In this document: piece by piece, positions 7,527 to 10,314 of the stretch | Layout of the letters: each line of letters opens with the position of its first letter | Numbering within the stretch: the first letter of the stretch is position 1 | Source of the DNA: an uncultured Deinococcales bacterium | GTDB taxonomy: Bacteria; Deinococcota; Deinococci; Deinococcales; JAAFIG01 | Direction of reading: 5' to 3' | Length of the DNA stretch: 10,314 nucleotides | Assembly: GCA_964247135.1 (NCBI GenBank) | Contig: CAXTTL010000175.1 | Location: 1-10,314, forward strand | Position numbers and translations under genes: made by a program | Notes under the pieces: model-generated | What the model was told of the DNA's origin: nothing | The model's database searches: none | The model's input: the letters and a program-made list of their open reading frames with translations, nothing else

Positions 7527-8905
7527 TGTTACTTCGATCACCTGAACTCCCCAAAGGCTGGACACACCAGGTTTTAAGCCTCCATCGAACTTGGCATTTG
7601 CGGCGCGTTTGGCAATGGAAAGCCCGAGCGGTGGCGGCGCTGACTGTGGTGGCATTGATTGCCGTCATCTTGGGCGCAGATAAACGCTGGTTGCTCGCCA
7701 GCGTGCTCGGTGTATTGCTGCCCGCCCCTCACCCGAAAAGCCAAACGTTGCTCGAGATCGAACGCGCCCAAGGCGAAATTTACACCACGGCGCTGGTCGC
7801 GCCCGAAGATTCGTTTGGTTTTTCAAAACGTCTGCTCGAGGGTGCGAAATACGTCGTTCACAAAGCCCAACTGCCTGCCCTACCTTGGCTCGAGGGACTG
7901 GGAATTTTGCTGCTGGCATCATTGGCGTTCGTGATTCCCGCCCAAAACGCAAGTTCACAAGACAATGCCTTGGCGGTTGCACCAACCCCAACCGAGCAAA
8001 GCCTCAACAATCCCTCGAGCGACCCACAAGCCGCGCCGCCAGTCTTGAACGCTCCCGCGTCTGGAGCTGCGCCGCAAGCCGGGCAGGATGCCGCCAACGG
8101 CAAACCGGCTTCTGGCGGAACACCAGGCGAAAGTGGTGTCGGAGAGTCAAGACCAGGCGGTGGCAATGCCAGCGACGACCCCGCCGCCGTCAGCCGAGAT
8201 TACCTCGAGGCGCTCGAGCGCGGCGCGGTGAAATCACAGGATGGACAGCAAAAAACGGGCAACAATGCCAAAAAAGTCGAAGACCTCAACTCGAGCAAGA
8301 CCGACCAAAACGGTAAAGGTCAGTCGGGTGCGAATGGGCAAAGTTCACAAAATGGACAAAACGGCAAGCCAGGACAAAAACCAGGTTCAGGACAGCAAAA
8401 CAACGGGCAGCAAGGGAAAAACGGACAGCAAGGACAGAACGGACAGCAAAATGGTTCTGGTAACCCATCAAACCCGAACGGTTCAGGCAAGCAAGGGCAG
8501 CAGAACCAAAACCCGAGCGGCAAAAACGGGCAAAAAAATGGGTCTAGTTCGCAAAATGGCGCAGACCGTTTTGATCGCGGTGAAAACAGCGACACTGGCA
8601 GCTTCCCAAATCAATCGCCCGAAAATCAAGGTCGCAGCCAACCAGGGCAGGCGGGACGCGGCGGCGGCTTGGGCAATCGTTTGAACGGCACGAACGCCGC
8701 CAAAAATGGCAAACTCGAGTACCTTCCAGGTCAAGTGCAAGGCAGTCAAGTGCGAAGCGGCGCAATGCAACTGCCAGGTGATCCACGACGACCACTCACC
8801 CTGACCCCAGGCACGCCAGCCTATCAACGCGCTGTCGAAAATGCGGTGCTCGACCCGAGGTTGCCACCCGAATACCAAGAAATGCTGAAAAATTATTACA
8901 AGTAA
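7523..8905 (+). CDS. Membrane-anchored protein with a long G/Q/N-rich disordered region and a conserved-looking C-terminal tail, 460 aa
   Basis: Start moved to ATG 7523 (ATGA overlap). Two to three N-terminal TM segments, GQQ/GQN repeats, C-terminus LPPEYQEMLKNYYK. Confidence 0.8.
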   Translation: MMLLRSPELPKGWTHQVLSLHRTWHLRRVWQWKARAVAALTVVALIAVILGADKRWLLASVLGVLLPAPHPKSQTLLEIERAQGEIYTTALVAPEDSFGFSKRLLEGAKYVVHKAQLPALPWLEGLGILLLASLAFVIPAQNASSQDNALAVAPTPTEQSLNNPSSDPQAAPPVLNAPASGAAPQAGQDAANGKPASGGTPGESGVGESRPGGGNASDDPAAVSRDYLEALERGAVKSQDGQQKTGNNAKKVEDLNSSKTDQNGKGQSGANGQSSQNGQNGKPGQKPGSGQQNNGQQGKNGQQGQNGQQNGSGNPSNPNGSGKQGQQNQNPSGKNGQKNGSSSQNGADRFDRGENSDTGSFPNQSPENQGRSQPGQAGRGGGLGNRLNGTNAAKNGKLEYLPGQVQGSQVRSGAMQLPGDPRRPLTLTPGTPAYQRAVENAVLDPRLPPEYQEMLKNYYK

Positions 8906-8907
8906 TT

Positions 8908-8916
8908 TGTTAACAT
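8908..8916 (+). promoter_or_regulatory. Putative extended -10 promoter (TGnTAACAT) for a leaderless transcript
   Basis: TGT-TAACAT ends 6 nt before ATG 8923. No SD in the 17-nt intergenic gap. Confidence 0.5.
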
Positions 8917-8922
8917 AACTTC

Positions 8923-9324
8923 ATGAACCCGCTTCAAGCCGTGCAACAAGGACTCGAGAAACTCAACCCGATCCCGCAACCTTTAAGGGTTTTGATCGGC
9001 TCGAGTTGGTTCTGGCTGGCGGTATGGGTGGCGTTGTGCGTTGGCGTGGCACGTTACTTGTTTGGCGAAAGACTCGGCGCTTGGCTTGGGTTAAGCATTG
9101 CTGCCATCAGTTGGTGGACTTTTGTGCCCGGTGGACGCGACGAATTGACCATTGCCATCATCGTGTTTGTTCTCGCGCAAGTGCTTGGTTTAATCTGGTC
9201 GCGCTCGAGCCTGACCGCAGGCGCTCGAGGGGTGAAGACCTGCCCAGACTGCGCCGAAGAAGTTAAATCTCGCGCTCGAGTTTGTAAGCATTGCGGGTTT
9301 GAATTTCATGCGAAAAGAGTTTGA
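8923..9324 (+). CDS. Small membrane protein with C-terminal zinc ribbon (UPF0547-like), 133 aa
   Basis: Three TM segments followed by KTCPDCAEEVKSRARVCKHCG (CxxC...CxxC). Confidence 0.85.
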   Translation: MNPLQAVQQGLEKLNPIPQPLRVLIGSSWFWLAVWVALCVGVARYLFGERLGAWLGLSIAAISWWTFVPGGRDELTIAIIVFVLAQVLGLIWSRSSLTAGARGVKTCPDCAEEVKSRARVCKHCGFEFHAKRV

Positions 9325-9455
9325 ATCCGAGGGAATGGCAACGTTGATTGCCAAAGCGTTCACTGAAATTCGTATGACTTTGTGTAAGAAATTTCCAGTC
9401 TGAAACCATATCTGAAAGAAATTGATAAGATCGTTAACAGAGTGGAGATTAAAAA

Positions 9456-10190
9456 ATGGTTGAATCGCCAAGAGCCACAAAAGGTTTGAATCTAAAAAAC
9501 AGTCTGCCACAGTTTAAAATTCTGTTTTTCCTCTTGGCGATTGATGCGGTATCTAAATTGATGGCATTTTCATTTTTACCGCCGAATCAGATTCCGAATC
9601 CATCAGCAGTGCTTCAACTGGTCTTAATAGTGAACTATGTTGGAATAGGTACTTATGGAAAGAACGTCATCGCCGCTGGAGGAAGCAATATCGTTTCTCT
9701 AGCCCCAATTTTTTCTTTACTACTGGGCGTTTTTTTGTTGATTGTTGGTTATTGGCGACGGCTTTCGAGTGTCGCCGTGGCGTTCTGCATTGGTACGGCG
9801 TTGCTCGCCAGTTTTATTGTTTTTCTGGTTTTACCAGGCGGTACTCAAGTTTTTGCCAATTCGATTTTGCCTTTAAGAGCCGCGCAATGCTTTCTATGGA
9901 TTGTTATTTGGATATTGGTTTCGCACAAAATTTGGAAAGTAGGTGCTTTGTTGTTCGTTTCTGCTGCCATTGGAAATTTCTTGTCGTTGTTTTATCCACC
10001 AAATTTTATTGTCGATTTCATCTGGTCAGCCCCGTTTAGTCGATTGACAAGAACGGGCGTATTTAACCTCGCTGACGCATTCTGGGATGTTGGGATTATT
10101 GTTTTTTTATGTGCGTTCGTTTTCAGTATTGCAGGGTTTTTCACAAAACGTTCAAAGTCCGCACCTGTGATTGTTGATATTGATCCCTAA
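9456..10190 (+). CDS. Atypical signal peptidase II (LspA/peptidase A8-like), 244 aa
   Basis: IDAVSK, AAIGNFL, IVDFI and VFNLADAF correspond to LspA motifs, including both catalytic Asp. GGAG at 9444-9447. Longer than canonical LspA. Confidence 0.75.
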   Translation: MVESPRATKGLNLKNSLPQFKILFFLLAIDAVSKLMAFSFLPPNQIPNPSAVLQLVLIVNYVGIGTYGKNVIAAGGSNIVSLAPIFSLLLGVFLLIVGYWRRLSSVAVAFCIGTALLASFIVFLVLPGGTQVFANSILPLRAAQCFLWIVIWILVSHKIWKVGALLFVSAAIGNFLSLFYPPNFIVDFIWSAPFSRLTRTGVFNLADAFWDVGIIVFLCAFVFSIAGFFTKRSKSAPVIVDIDP

Positions 10191-10211
10191 ACACCAATCT
10201 CGAGCCATAGG

Positions 10212-10239
10212 AAAAACCCCACTCATCTCTCGAGAGTGG
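10212..10239 (-). terminator. Possible intrinsic terminator for a convergent gene
   Basis: CCACTC/GAGTGG stem (10219-10224/10234-10239) followed on the - strand by GG and a 5-U run. Confidence 0.35.
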
Positions 10240-10260
10240 CAGTAACAATCATAGTTTAAT

Positions 10261-10314
10261 TTAAACCTGATGTTCGAGTGTGAGTTCCACCACATTACTG
10301 CGGGGTTTAGAACT
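10261..10314 (-). CDS. Possible 3' end of a convergent gene truncated by the window edge (SSKPRSNVVELTLEHQV*)
   Basis: Open frame from the window edge to TAA at 10263-10261, just upstream of the candidate - strand terminator. Too short to verify. Confidence 0.3.
   Translation of the reverse strand, partial: SSKPRSNVVELTLEHQV

Noticed and set aside
7044-8221. Longer palindromes around the motif (CAACTCGAGTTG 7044, TCACCTCGAGGTGA 7113, GCGCTCGAGCGC 8210) suggesting an 8-bp or longer consensus
   Set aside because: Only 16 of 72 sites have complementary flanking bases, about chance level, so the core is the hexamer.
9336-9353. TGGCAA-CGTTGA-TTGCCA as a sigma-54 promoter or terminator
   Set aside because: GG-to-GC spacing is 11 rather than the required 10, and the 6-bp stem has no U-tract.
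53-10234. CTCGAG repeats as a CRISPR array, tandem repeat or cloning scar
   Set aside because: Spacing is irregular, only 6 bp are shared, and sites sit in intact ORFs in all three frames without breaking conserved motifs.

Overview
Bacterial chromosomal window, most likely Deinococcota (inferred from the LepA sequence and -10-only leaderless-type promoters). Left to right: (i) a translationally coupled five-gene + strand operon, NADAR - ADP-ribosylglycohydrolase - nucleoside deoxyribosyltransferase-like protein - PnuC - NadR-type NMN adenylyltransferase/kinase, which looks like an ADP-ribose reversal plus NAD+ salvage module; (ii) a structured ~180-nt intergenic element built from two ~72-nt degenerate tandem units; (iii) lepA on the - strand; (iv) three coupled membrane/low-complexity protein genes and a zinc-ribbon membrane protein gene; (v) an AT-rich, atypical signal peptidase II-like gene. 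The strongest signal is window-wide: the palindrome CTCGAG occurs 72 times by manual count (about 7/kb, against about 2.5 expected in the whole window). It appears in all three codon phases and in intergenic DNA, like a HIP1-type highly iterated palindrome, and is absent only from the lspA-like gene.
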